In this document: piece after piece, positions 19,870 to 30,347 of the stretch
Numbering within the stretch: position 1 is the stretch's first letter
How the letters are laid out: the number at the start of each line of letters is the position of its first letter
Assembly (NCBI GenBank): GCA_035516175.1
Contig: DATJAO010000027.1
Location: 32,411 to 96,410 of the forward strand
DNA from: Nitrospirota bacterium
GTDB taxonomy: Bacteria; Nitrospirota; UBA9217
DNA length: 64,000 nucleotides
Reading direction: 5' to 3'
Notes under the pieces: model-generated
Told to the model about the DNA's origin: nothing
The model's input: only the letters and a program-made list of their open reading frames with translations
Database searches by the model: none
Made by a program: the position numbers and the translations under genes

Positions 19870-22170
19870 ATGAAACATTCTTTCAACTGGAAGTACGTCG
19901 TGGTTGTGGGACTGGGATTGCTGGCATTTATCGGCATCGGCGTCCTTTTGTATGAGAGCGTCGCCCCGGTGTTCAATGCTGTTGAGGCACGCAGATCTGC
20001 AGAGGGTATCCTTATGCAGCTCGACGGCATGCTTTCGGGCCTCCGGAATCTTGAGGCAAGCGAGCGCGAATACGTACTGAGCGGGCGCATGAATCATCGT
20101 GACAGCTATCAGGCTGCTGTGAACAAACTCCAGCAGGAAACAGCCGCCCTCAAGACAGCGACCGTGAATTATCCGGACCAGCAGCGCAGATTCGCGCTTC
20201 TCGAATTCCAGATCGTGAAGAGACTGGAATATTCACATCAACTCATTGATGTCCTTGAGAAGCAAGGGCATAAGTCAGCCGAGAAGATGTTGCAGACCGG
20301 CGGAGACGGGGAGATTGCCGAAAATATCGGGAACACTGTTTCGGACATGCGAAATGCCCAGAACGATCTGCTGAAACAGCAGGAGAGGCTGATCAATCCG
20401 GGGATCAGGACGTCCGTTAAGCTCGTCGGTATAAGCTACCTGGCTGCGATACTGATCGTGCTGCTTTTCGGCGCTGTCGCCCTGCGCGAATACAGGTTGC
20501 GCAGGCGGGCAGAGGAGATGCGGAAACGGCTCTCACTGACCGTTGATCAGGCAACGGACCTTGTGGTGGTAACCGACCTGACAGGAAAAATCGAATACGT
20601 AAACAGGGCTGTCGAGGAAACGACTGGCTATGCTGCAGCAGAGCTTCTCGGGAAGAGCAGGGACCTGTGGTACTCCGGGAAGCATGATGCGGAATTCTTC
20701 CAAAAGAAACGCGATACGGTCCTTTCGGGAGGAACGTTTCAAGCAACGGTGACATACCGGAAAAAGAACGGCGACCTCTTCTACCTCCTTGACACGCTGA
20801 CCCCTCTCAGGGATGCCGCAGGAAACATTACGCACATCGTCTCCACGGGAAGGGATATCACGCGCCAGAAGTCTCTGGAAGAGCGGGTCGATTACCTTGC
20901 GTATTTCGATGCGCTCACGGGAGTGCCGAATCGGGCCCGTTTTGTCAATCGGCTGCAGGAGGGGATCGCCCGGGCGCAGGGCTCCTCTGCGCATATGGCG
21001 GTTCTGGCGATTGACGTCGACCGGTTCAAGCTCATCAACGACGTATTTGGGTTCGATGCCGGTGATGAGCTTCTCAAGGTGATCACAGAGCGGTTATTAG
21101 CCTCCGTGGGAGAAGGGGACACGATAGCGCGTGTGGGAAACGATGAGTTTGACGTGGCGCTCCATAATATCACCCAGCCCTCCGATGTGATAAGCGCGGT
21201 GAACAAGATCATGAAGAAAATCTCTCAACCCGTCATCCTCAGGGGGGAAGAGATCATCATGTCTTTCGCCGTCGGCGTCACACTCTTTCCCGATGATGGC
21301 GAGGACGCTGAGACGCTCATACGGAACGCGCACCTCGCCCTCAGCAAGGCAAAGGCCCAGGGAAAGAATAACTTCCAGTTTTATACTCCCGGCATCGTCG
21401 AAAAGGCCTCTGAATTTCTCGTCATGGAAAAGCGTCTGTCCAGCGCCCTGAAGAAAGAGGAATACCTTGTATATTATCAGCCGTATGTTGATATGACGAC
21501 GAGGAGGTTTGGGGGCGCCGAGGCCCTGATAAAATGGAAGAGCGACAGACACGGGCTGGTATCTCCGAAGAAGTTTATTCCCATGCTCGAAGATACGGGG
21601 ATGATCATCGACGTGGGTGAGTGGGTATTGAAGACAGCCTGCCGCCAGATCAAGGAGTGGGACCGGGGGAAATCATGCTTTCCTATCGCCGTGAACCTCT
21701 CATCGATGCAGTTTCACCATAAATACCTGGTAGAAATGATCGGCAACACCATCAAGGAGGCCGGGGTCGACCCAGCGTGCCTGACGCTGGAGGTAACGGA
21801 AGGCATAGTTATGCACGACCTGGATTACACGAGCAAGGTCCTGAGCGAGTTGAAGCACCTCGGCGTCTCCATTTCCGTCGACGACTTCGGGACAGGTTAC
21901 TCATCGCTCAGCTATCTGAAGAAACTTCCCGTCGATAATGTAAAGATCGATATGTCCTTCGTGAAGGATATTACCACAGATCCTGATGCCGCCTCAATCG
22001 TCATGGCGATCACGTCCCTAGCCCGAAACCTGAACCTCAAGACCATAGCCGAAGGTGTTGAGACCGAGGAGCAGTGGAAAATCTTGCGCCTTCTGCGTTG
22101 CGATATGGGGCAGGGCTTTTTCTTCAGTCCCGCCTTGTCTCCCGCAGAGTTCGAGAAATTACTTGTGTAA
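19870..22170 (+). CDS. CHASE3-PAS-GGDEF(degenerate)-EAL protein, probable c-di-GMP phosphodiesterase
   Basis: Two TM helices flanking a CHASE3-like region, PAS, DALTG..NR, GNDEF in place of GGDEF, intact EAL, DDFGTGYSS, KID, AEGVE; ORF extends to 19744. Confidence 0.9.
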   Translation: MKHSFNWKYVVVVGLGLLAFIGIGVLLYESVAPVFNAVEARRSAEGILMQLDGMLSGLRNLEASEREYVLSGRMNHRDSYQAAVNKLQQETAALKTATVNYPDQQRRFALLEFQIVKRLEYSHQLIDVLEKQGHKSAEKMLQTGGDGEIAENIGNTVSDMRNAQNDLLKQQERLINPGIRTSVKLVGISYLAAILIVLLFGAVALREYRLRRRAEEMRKRLSLTVDQATDLVVVTDLTGKIEYVNRAVEETTGYAAAELLGKSRDLWYSGKHDAEFFQKKRDTVLSGGTFQATVTYRKKNGDLFYLLDTLTPLRDAAGNITHIVSTGRDITRQKSLEERVDYLAYFDALTGVPNRARFVNRLQEGIARAQGSSAHMAVLAIDVDRFKLINDVFGFDAGDELLKVITERLLASVGEGDTIARVGNDEFDVALHNITQPSDVISAVNKIMKKISQPVILRGEEIIMSFAVGVTLFPDDGEDAETLIRNAHLALSKAKAQGKNNFQFYTPGIVEKASEFLVMEKRLSSALKKEEYLVYYQPYVDMTTRRFGGAEALIKWKSDRHGLVSPKKFIPMLEDTGMIIDVGEWVLKTACRQIKEWDRGKSCFPIAVNLSSMQFHHKYLVEMIGNTIKEAGVDPACLTLEVTEGIVMHDLDYTSKVLSELKHLGVSISVDDFGTGYSSLSYLKKLPVDNVKIDMSFVKDITTDPDAASIVMAITSLARNLNLKTIAEGVETEEQWKILRLLRCDMGQGFFFSPALSPAEFEKLLV

Positions 22171-22274
22171 GAGCAGGGCGATTATTGCTGCGCCCGGTGA
22201 AATCTGTCAAGCGGCCTTACCTCGGCGTCACGCCAGATTCCCCTCTGTTTTACCTCCCAATACCATCCATGTTG

Positions 22275-25200
22275 TCAAATCGGCACGACCTTCTTGAAGT
22301 GTCGCAGCGCATTTTTGAAATCGTTCAGGATATCATCAGCCTGCAAGCTTGCGGTGTGCCGGAAATGAGTAGCGACGAGCGTTTTCAACTCCTCGATATC
22401 TTCCTTTGCTTCCACCTTCCGGGCATTCACATACGCGGTGTTTATTCTGGTCCCGAGCTGGTCATGTGGGTCCAGCACATAGATCGCGCCGCCAGTCATT
22501 CCGGCGCCCACGTTCAATCCTACGTCGCCGAGCACCACGACGGTCCCCCTGGTCATATATTCGCAGAGGTGGTGGCCCGTGCCCTCGATCACTGCCCGGG
22601 CCCCGCTGTTCCTTACCGCAAACCGTTCTCCGGCCATTCCTGCGGCATAGAACTCGCCGCCAATCGCCCCGTAGAGCACGGTGTTCCCTACAATGACATG
22701 TTTGTGCGGTTCATGCCGGATGTCCGCCGGTATGATCGCGATCCTTCCGCCGTACATGCCCTTGCAGGTGTAATCGTTCGCATCGCCGATGAGTGTGAGC
22801 GATAAGCCCCGGTGATTGAAGGCGCCGAAGCTCTGGCCCGCCGTACCCTTGAAGGTGAGCCGCACCGTATCATCGGGGAGACCTTGCTCGCCGTATTTGC
22901 GGGCGATGAAATAGTTCAGCTTCACCGGAATGCTTCGGTGGATGTTCCTGATATCGTATTGCACGGCTACGGACTGACCCTGCTCGATGAAAGGAAGCAG
23001 GTCCGCCGTGATACGGTCATTCAGGGATGGCGCAGGGTTGTCGTTGCGATCGACAGTGCAGTGCTTCGGTCCTTCTCCCGGATACCCGCGGAGCAACGGT
23101 GAGAGGTCCATCCTACCGGAACCTGGAGCAGCGTCTGACAGCGCAGGGACGAGTAGGTCCGTCCTGCCAATGATCTCTCCCAGGCTGTTCACGCCCATCT
23201 CTGCCATGATCTCCCTGACCTCGCGCGCCAGCGCCTTGAAATACGTCGTGATCCCTTCGACGGTGCCGCGAAACCGCTTCCGCAGCTTTTCATCCTGCGT
23301 GGCAACGCCGGTGGGACAGGTGTTCAAATGGCACTGGCGTGCCATGACGCAGCCCGCGGCGATCATGGTGGCCGTACCGAAGCCGAACTCCTCGGCGCCA
23401 AGCAGGGCAGCGATGATCACGTCCCGTCCGGTGCGCAGTCCTCCGTCCACACGCACCCGGATCCGGTCGCGCAAACCGTTTTCCATGAGCACGCGCACGG
23501 TCTCTGCCAGCCCCATCTCCCAATGATTGCCTGCGTTCTTGATGGAAGTGATCGATGCGGCACCCGTCCCGCCTTCGCAGCCGCTGATCTGAACTATGTC
23601 GGCATAGGCCTTGGCAACGCCAGCGGCAATGGTGCCCACGCCGGTCTCGGCTACGAGCTTCACGCAAACGTGGGCATGCGGGTTAGCCTGCTTGACATCG
23701 TGGATGAGCTGCGCGAGGTCCTCGATGGAGTAGATATCGTGGTGCGGCGGTGGGGAGATGAGAAGCATGCCCGGCTTGCAGTGCCGAAGCCTGGCAATGT
23801 AATCGGTGACCTTGATCTCCGGGAGATGTCCGCCTTCACCGGGTTTTGCACCCTGGGCCATCTTGATCTCGAGGTCTGCTGCCGAGGCGAGGTAGGTGGG
23901 CGTCACTCCGAACCTGCCGGACGCGAGCTGCTTGATGGCGCTCCCTTTGATCGTAAAATAACGCGCCGGGTCTTCACCGCCCTCGCCGCTGTTGCTCTTG
24001 ATGCCGAGCTTGTTGCAGGCCTCGGCAATGGTCTCGTGCGCTTCGGGTGACAGGGCACCTACGGACATCGCGCCGGAGAAGAAACGTTTCCGGATGAATT
24101 CCTCAGCTTCCACCTGTTCCAGAGGCAAGGCCCTGCCTTTTTTGTATCCAAGCAACTGCCTGATGGACGTAGGATGCTCGTCAGCCTTATGCGAGAATTC
24201 CTTATAGGCTGCGTAGTCTCCGCTCTTTATGAAACTGTTCAATGACTGCACGGCCTGCGGCGACCACCCATGCCATTCCCCGTTTTTCCGGTGTTTAAGC
24301 GCGCCGCCGTACTCGAGTAACGGTGCTGTATTACTGAATCCCGCGTCATGCCGTGCAAGGAGCGAATGTTCTATGTCCGCGAGACCGTCAGACTCGAAAG
24401 CCGTCGGCGTGTTGCTGAAAAATTTGTCAGTGAAATCGCTCTTCAGGCAGATGCTGTCGAATATCTGCCCTCCGTGGTACGAGGCGACCGTCGAGATGCC
24501 CATGCGGGCCATTACTTTCAGCAGGCCTTCTTCGAGTGCCGTGACGTAATTTCCGCATGCTTCCGGATAAGGCAGCGCGATGGTACCGCTGTCGCAAAGC
24601 TGCCCGATGGTCTGGAACGCTAGCCAGGGGTGTACACCGGAAGCGCCGTACCCGATGAGGCAGGCCATATGATGCACATCGCGGGCCTCACCGGTATCCA
24701 TGACGATACTCGCGCGGTTTGCGAGCCCCCGTTTCCTGAGGGCCGTGAGGCACGCGGAGACGGCGAGCAAGGAAGGGATGGATGCGCGGTCAGGCGAGAG
24801 GTCCCGATCTGACAGGATGATGATTTCAGCACCGGCAGTAACGACATCGAGAGCGCGCTTCTGAAGCAGGGCAACGGCACGGGACAGCGTGGAGCCGGCC
24901 CGTGCAAAGGTCATGGGAATGTTTGCGTTTCTGAAGGTTCCCTGTTCTTTGATCGCCTGAAACTGAGGGTGAGAGAGGATGGGAGAATCGATACCGAACC
25001 TCCGCGCGTGCACGGGCGTCGGGGCAAGGAAATTCCGTTTGTACCCAAGGTTCATCCTCAGGGACATGACCATGCGCTCCCTGATGGGATCGATGGGCGG
25101 GTTGGTGACCTGCGAGAACCGCTGCTTGAAGTAGCGGAAAAGCAGCTGGGGCTTTTCCGAGAGCGGCGGAAGAGGTGTGTCGTCGCCCATGGAAAAAATC

Positions 25201-26597
25201 AGTTCCTTGCCCGTTGTGGCCATTTCTTGCATCTGCATCTGTATCTCTTCCTGCGTGTATCCAAAGGCGATCTGTTTGCTCATGATGTCTCCGTCTATCG
25301 CCGGAGTGAGAACAGGACCGCATTTTAGCTTCACGTGATGCTTTGCGAGCCACTCCTGGTATGGCTTCTGCAATGCAAGGTTCCTGATGATCTCAGGGGT
25401 GAACCTGACACCCGCAGTCCGCAGGTTCACGGAAATGATCTCACCCGGACCGAGCCTTCCTTTTTCCTGAATAGGCCGATCACCGAGGTCTACCATGCCG
25501 ATCTCGGAGCCCAGGACCAGAAGTCCGTCCCGTGTCAGAATGTATCTGAGCGGTCTCAGCCCGTTCCGGTCCAGGTGCGCGCCGACAGTCTCGCCGTCGG
25601 TGAAAGTGACGGCCGCTGGGCCGTCCCAGGGCCGCATGAGCAGGGACTGATACTCAAAGAATGCCTTCTCTTGGGGGCTCAGCTCAGTCTGCTCCCAGGC
25701 CGGAGGGATGCAGAGCATGACGGCGTGCTCCGGGGAGTAGCCGGAGAGGATGAGCAGTTCGACGATCCGGTCAAGCGACGCCGAATCGCTTTCGGTCTGG
25801 GAGATGAGCGGACGGAGAAAATCCGCCTTGTTCCCGAAGATTTCGTGCTGGATCTCGTGCTCAAGTGCGGTCATCGCGTTCCGGTTTCCCTGAAGAGTGT
25901 TGATTTCGCCGTTGTGCGCGAGAACGTGGAAGGGCTGTGCCAAAGGCCAGTCGGGAGAGGTATTGGTCGAGAACCGCTGGTGGAACATGCAGAAAGCCGA
26001 TTCGAAGGCCTCGTCCTTGAGGTCCGGATAGAACTCATCCAGGTAGGGCGCAACGAGCATGCCCTTGTAGACTATGATTTTAGAGGAGAGGGAGCAGACG
26101 GAGACGCTCCCTTCGTAGGACTTCTCCATAGCCCGGCGAGCGAGATAGAGCACGGCTTCTTTTTCAGCCGGCGGAATGCCGGAAGTATCGATCAGCACCT
26201 GCCGGATCCTCGGCTTGGACAGCAAGGCCGATTTCCCAAGCGCATCAGGGTTGGTCGGCACATTCCTCCAGCCGAGGGGCTTGAGGTTGAACCGCCGCAG
26301 GATATCCTCGATACCGGATTCCACGTCCCCGAAAAGGAAGAAAAAACCTGCGGCGAGGTCGTCCATGTTCGCGACTGAAAAACCGATCTTCGTCATTTCC
26401 TTCCGGAGGAATTTCAGCGGGAGTTGGGTGAGTACGCCTGCGCCATCACCGGTCTTGCCGTCTGCGCCCACGGCGCCCCGGTGCGTGAGATTCTTGACCG
26501 CTTCGATCCCCATGGACACGATCTCGTGGCCCTTTTCACCGTTCGCATTGCAGACGAAGCCCACGCCGCAGGAAGCTGATGAATTGTTATGGGGCAT
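22275..26597 (-). CDS. gltB: Glutamate synthase large subunit
   Basis: N-terminal CGVGF, HRGAVGADGKTGDGAG, FHQRFSTNT, HNGEINT, KMAQGAKPGEGG, 3Fe-4S CVMARQCHLNTC, GERFAVRNSG. Confidence 0.97.
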   Translation of the reverse strand: MPHNNSSASCGVGFVCNANGEKGHEIVSMGIEAVKNLTHRGAVGADGKTGDGAGVLTQLPLKFLRKEMTKIGFSVANMDDLAAGFFFLFGDVESGIEDILRRFNLKPLGWRNVPTNPDALGKSALLSKPRIRQVLIDTSGIPPAEKEAVLYLARRAMEKSYEGSVSVCSLSSKIIVYKGMLVAPYLDEFYPDLKDEAFESAFCMFHQRFSTNTSPDWPLAQPFHVLAHNGEINTLQGNRNAMTALEHEIQHEIFGNKADFLRPLISQTESDSASLDRIVELLILSGYSPEHAVMLCIPPAWEQTELSPQEKAFFEYQSLLMRPWDGPAAVTFTDGETVGAHLDRNGLRPLRYILTRDGLLVLGSEIGMVDLGDRPIQEKGRLGPGEIISVNLRTAGVRFTPEIIRNLALQKPYQEWLAKHHVKLKCGPVLTPAIDGDIMSKQIAFGYTQEEIQMQMQEMATTGKELIFSMGDDTPLPPLSEKPQLLFRYFKQRFSQVTNPPIDPIRERMVMSLRMNLGYKRNFLAPTPVHARRFGIDSPILSHPQFQAIKEQGTFRNANIPMTFARAGSTLSRAVALLQKRALDVVTAGAEIIILSDRDLSPDRASIPSLLAVSACLTALRKRGLANRASIVMDTGEARDVHHMACLIGYGASGVHPWLAFQTIGQLCDSGTIALPYPEACGNYVTALEEGLLKVMARMGISTVASYHGGQIFDSICLKSDFTDKFFSNTPTAFESDGLADIEHSLLARHDAGFSNTAPLLEYGGALKHRKNGEWHGWSPQAVQSLNSFIKSGDYAAYKEFSHKADEHPTSIRQLLGYKKGRALPLEQVEAEEFIRKRFFSGAMSVGALSPEAHETIAEACNKLGIKSNSGEGGEDPARYFTIKGSAIKQLASGRFGVTPTYLASAADLEIKMAQGAKPGEGGHLPEIKVTDYIARLRHCKPGMLLISPPPHHDIYSIEDLAQLIHDVKQANPHAHVCVKLVAETGVGTIAAGVAKAYADIVQISGCEGGTGAASITSIKNAGNHWEMGLAETVRVLMENGLRDRIRVRVDGGLRTGRDVIIAALLGAEEFGFGTATMIAAGCVMARQCHLNTCPTGVATQDEKLRKRFRGTVEGITTYFKALAREVREIMAEMGVNSLGEIIGRTDLLVPALSDAAPGSGRMDLSPLLRGYPGEGPKHCTVDRNDNPAPSLNDRITADLLPFIEQGQSVAVQYDIRNIHRSIPVKLNYFIARKYGEQGLPDDTVRLTFKGTAGQSFGAFNHRGLSLTLIGDANDYTCKGMYGGRIAIIPADIRHEPHKHVIVGNTVLYGAIGGEFYAAGMAGERFAVRNSGARAVIEGTGHHLCEYMTRGTVVVLGDVGLNVGAGMTGGAIYVLDPHDQLGTRINTAYVNARKVEAKEDIEELKTLVATHFRHTASLQADDILNDFKNALRHFKKVVPI

Positions 26598-26744
26598 GGT
26601 ATCCTCTCATGAAGAACAGATTGGCAAGCAGAGAAAATCGCTCACCGCGAAGAACGAGTAGAAAAACTCTTAAAGTAGCTAGATGTAATTCTTTCTTCGC
26701 GACCTTTGCACCTGGCGATGAAATTACAACAGCTCTTTTTGTGT

Positions 26745-27638
26745 TCAGAGTTCAAGGAGCCGCTTATTGATATCGATCGCAGCCACAGCGCCTTCTCCTG
26801 CCGCGATCACGACCTGGTCGTTCCCGATGTTAAGAGGCCCTACGATGTACAGGCCGTTCAAAGAAGATTCGTAAGCGCTGTTCACAACATACTTGAACCC
26901 TTTCGCATCCCGCTTCAAGTTGAGTTCCTTGAGAAACTGGTCGTTCAGCTTGTACCCGAAGTTCGACATGACGGCCTCACAGGGGATGCGCATTCCGCTC
27001 TTGAGCTCTACAGCCTCGATATGCTCGTCGCCGATGATCCTGATTGGCTCGCCTTTGATGAGACGGATGCCTTCATTCTGTAGCTCTTCCTTATAATCAT
27101 CGGGAGGATCGTAGAAATAGAGGATGAGCGCTACATCGTCAGTGTACATTTGCCTCATGCCGAAGGCCAAGCGGACGGAGTTTATAGTATTTCCGATGAT
27201 GACCAGTTTTTTGTCGGTTGTCTTGTACCCATCGCAATCGACGCAGGTGAAGAAAGATGTTCCCAGGAATTTGTGAAAGTTCTCGATGGGGGGAAAATTG
27301 TCCTGCACGCCCGATGAGACGATCACAAATTTCGAGCGGAAGGTGACGTCACCTGCTTGGACCTCGAGGCTTTCTTTTTTTACTACCGAGGTCACAAGGC
27401 CTTTTTCTATGCGGACATTGAAGCTTTTCGCCTGCTCCAGGCCCAGCTCGATGATCTCCTTGCCGGAAACGGCTCTCTGCGTGAGAAAGTTTTCGATTGA
27501 TTTTGCGTGCGCGGTTCTACCTCCTCCCCGGTCGATGAGCATAACCTTTCTGTTGAACCGTCCGAGATAGATAGCAGCCTGAAGCCCGCCGGGCCCGGCG
27601 CCAATGATAATGCAATCATAGATATTTTCGCTGCTCAT
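26745..27638 (-). CDS. Thioredoxin-reductase-like NAD(P)/FAD oxidoreductase
   Basis: IIGAGPGGLQAA, CVDCDGY redox CxxC, C-terminal AAGEGAVAA; second Rossmann motif atypical. Confidence 0.85.
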   Translation of the reverse strand: MSSENIYDCIIIGAGPGGLQAAIYLGRFNRKVMLIDRGGGRTAHAKSIENFLTQRAVSGKEIIELGLEQAKSFNVRIEKGLVTSVVKKESLEVQAGDVTFRSKFVIVSSGVQDNFPPIENFHKFLGTSFFTCVDCDGYKTTDKKLVIIGNTINSVRLAFGMRQMYTDDVALILYFYDPPDDYKEELQNEGIRLIKGEPIRIIGDEHIEAVELKSGMRIPCEAVMSNFGYKLNDQFLKELNLKRDAKGFKYVVNSAYESSLNGLYIVGPLNIGNDQVVIAAGEGAVAAIDINKRLLEL

Positions 27639-27765
27639 AAACCATTCAACCTTATTCCTCAAAACCAGGAACGCAGATCAACACTGATAAGATCTTCTTG
27701 TCCACGGCGGGTTTCGATCGTCACTTGAACTGTCACGGAGAACATCTCCTTCTGATGATCCGTGG

Positions 27766-28368
27766 TCATATGAATACCTTTATTTGCTTCTCAAACTCTT
27801 CTGCCGTCGAGAAATGGAGAGTAATCAGTCCTTCGTCCGTTGCCCGTTTGATGTGGTCGATATTATCATCCACAAAAAGCACTTCACCAGGCGGGATACT
27901 CAGGATTTCGCAGACATCCCGGAATACCGACGGATCCCGCTTACTTTTATGGAGCCTGAACGAGTTAAAGACGATATCGAAGTGTCGGAACAGGGGCGTT
28001 TTGCGGTCGATTTCCTCAAGCCAGTTTGTCTGGTCGCTCAGCATGCCGACTTTCAGCCTCCTTGCTCTCAAACGGTCCGCGTACGAAAGCATAGCAGGTC
28101 TGAACGTAAACCTCGTCAGTACCTCTTCCCGGAGCTCTTCGTCGCTCCCGGTTATTCCTGTCTTGTTTCTGACCGCATTCCAGAACGATGATTCATCAGC
28201 TCTGCCGATGAGATATCCTGTTTCGTAGATGAGCCTGTCGACGTCGGTAAAAAAAAGTTCGGGGTCTAGATTGTTTTTCTTCCCGATGGCCATAATGCCT
28301 TCCCTGAAACCCTCTTCAGCAATTACTCCGCCGAAATCAAAAAGAACCGCCTTTAGCGCGTCAGTCAT
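27766..28368 (-). CDS. HAD-family phosphatase
   Basis: VLFDFGGV, LSDQ, KSKRDP, LFVDDN; ORF extends to 28488. Confidence 0.88.
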   Translation of the reverse strand: MTDALKAVLFDFGGVIAEEGFREGIMAIGKKNNLDPELFFTDVDRLIYETGYLIGRADESSFWNAVRNKTGITGSDEELREEVLTRFTFRPAMLSYADRLRARRLKVGMLSDQTNWLEEIDRKTPLFRHFDIVFNSFRLHKSKRDPSVFRDVCEILSIPPGEVLFVDDNIDHIKRATDEGLITLHFSTAEEFEKQIKVFI

Positions 28369-28955
28369 ATTAAGAAACGATCCTTTCCGCTTTCTCTGTT
28401 GTATTTTTCTTATTTTCATTATACCTGATTCCGCTGTTCTATACGTACTCTTTGCAATTTCCTGAGGAAGGTACGCATAGAGGCTCATATCGCGAAAGAG
28501 TTATAGATCTCCGCTCGCGTCCACAAATTATCAATGCCAAAGTGAATACGCTAAAAGTATTAGTTTTACATATCAGGCTTTCTGGGCCTGCATTGTCTTT
28601 TTCTGTATTCAGCTTAGTCAGGAAATAATCATTATGAAGCAGAAATAAGTTCATATTGATGAAACTATTCCTGAACGTTGTATAGTTGCTATTATTGTAA
28701 ACACTCATATTGCATATTGAAATAATCAGGCGGCATTTGTATCCCTGCTGAATATAAATAATGTGAAGCTTAAGATTATCCTCAATAATTCCGATAAGAA
28801 CAGTGTGAAATATAGCATCTCGTTCTGGGACTGCTTTTTCATCGAAGAGAGGGAAGAACGCGACATAATTTGCCGGCCGCATCGATTGTTTAAGGCAAAC
28901 GCGATTCCGCAGAATGAGTATTTTGGGATGTACGCAGGAAGGTGAACAGCAGGCT

Positions 28956-29309
28956 GTGATCAAGTTCTCTTTATCATCAAAATCAGAAATGGATGTAGCC
29001 GTCATGATGCCGCAAGGTTACCTCACGGACATAGGCGCACGTCAGATCGAAAAAGCCAGTGAAGTATTTCTTGACAGAGGTTTCAAAAAGCTCGTCATAA
29101 ACTTTTCCAACGTCGAATTGATCAATACCCACGGTATCTCAATCTTCAAGAGTATCTTGCAGAAGGCATCCGAAAGCGGCTGTCGTGTTTGTTTTACCAA
29201 TTTAAATAAACTCCACCGTGAAATTTTCGAGCAGATCGGCATCATGAAACGCGTAGACGTGTTTCAGGATGAAGATGACGCGATGATATGCTTAAAAAAA
29301 ACGGCTTGA
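28956..29309 (+). CDS. STAS domain anti-sigma-factor antagonist-like protein
   Basis: GYLTDIGARQI, KLVINFSNVELINTHGISIF (T at the Ser phospho-site position), EIFEQIGI. Confidence 0.7.
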   Translation: MIKFSLSSKSEMDVAVMMPQGYLTDIGARQIEKASEVFLDRGFKKLVINFSNVELINTHGISIFKSILQKASESGCRVCFTNLNKLHREIFEQIGIMKRVDVFQDEDDAMICLKKTA

Positions 29310-29525
29310 TTGTTTGACAATAAGGCGCGTCTCTATCGATATAGTGTTTGTTTCTTCATGAAACATGCGGTTTTAGTATTCTGTTGAAACACTCACCTTA
29401 CCTCTTGAATTATGTCGCCGGTCATGCCATCACCGTCGATTTTGCCATTTCTCTTGAAGTTTTCCATGCAGTCTGCTACAAATATGGAGAGTGTTCACTT
29501 GTGCGATTGTGAGAGATGATGGATT

Positions 29526-29915
29526 ATGGACAATGAAAAAGAAAGTGACTCACCGGCCGCGGTCACAAGGAGGGAACAACGATATAATGTTCCCGATTCC
29601 TGCCAGCAGTATATCAAGCTGCGGATAAAGAGCGGCAATGAATTCGTTACAGCTATTCTTGGCAACTTTAGCCGCAGCGGCATTCTATTCGAGTGTCCCG
29701 TATCGTTCAGTAAAGGAATGCATACAGAGTGTGTTATTTCAATTTCTCTGTTGTTATCCCGCGAGATATCATTCGGTATTGAGGTCAAGTACTGCTACGC
29801 GGACAAAGATTCTTATATTATGGGAGCTTCTATCGATACTATTTCAGATGAAACCTGGTTTGACGTTTTTGTTGAAGTACATGATTTTATCGTGCTGCGC
29901 AAGGGTTCCGTATAA
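29526..29915 (+). CDS. Stand-alone PilZ domain protein
   Basis: RREQR and NFSRSG motifs correspond to the PilZ RxxxR and D/NxSxxG signatures. Confidence 0.72.
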   Translation: MDNEKESDSPAAVTRREQRYNVPDSCQQYIKLRIKSGNEFVTAILGNFSRSGILFECPVSFSKGMHTECVISISLLLSREISFGIEVKYCYADKDSYIMGASIDTISDETWFDVFVEVHDFIVLRKGSV

Positions 29916-30347
29916 CGACTTCCTTCTGGCATATTCAAATTCAGCATAAGAGTAACACCTTGGAAGATGTCATAGTCATACCCTGGTATCTCCTGCTCAA
30001 GAATTTAGTTCCCGCTAGAACACATTCTTGGCAGGAGTTTCTTGTTTTGGGTGGATTATATTTAAATTTTGTTCCTTGCTATGCTGGCCTGATTATCTAT
30101 TCCCTTATTAACATATAACTTCCTCTTTTAAGAAAATTGTCATAGCAATGACATCAAGTTTCATGTGGTATTCTTCAATCAATATGAACCAATGTATGCC
30201 TGTTAGTCATCATTGACATTGCCTGGGATCAGGAATATATTCATGACCATATACAGCACTTGACCTATCTTCTGCTGCAATGGCGCTACATCTGGTTGCA
30301 GCCGCTTAGTGATTGATCGAGAGAACAAAAATAAATGAAAGGTGATC

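Noticed and set aside
28439-29005. 188-aa minus-strand ORF in the AT-rich region
   Set aside because: Overlaps the STAS gene antisense, composition looks non-coding, no motifs.
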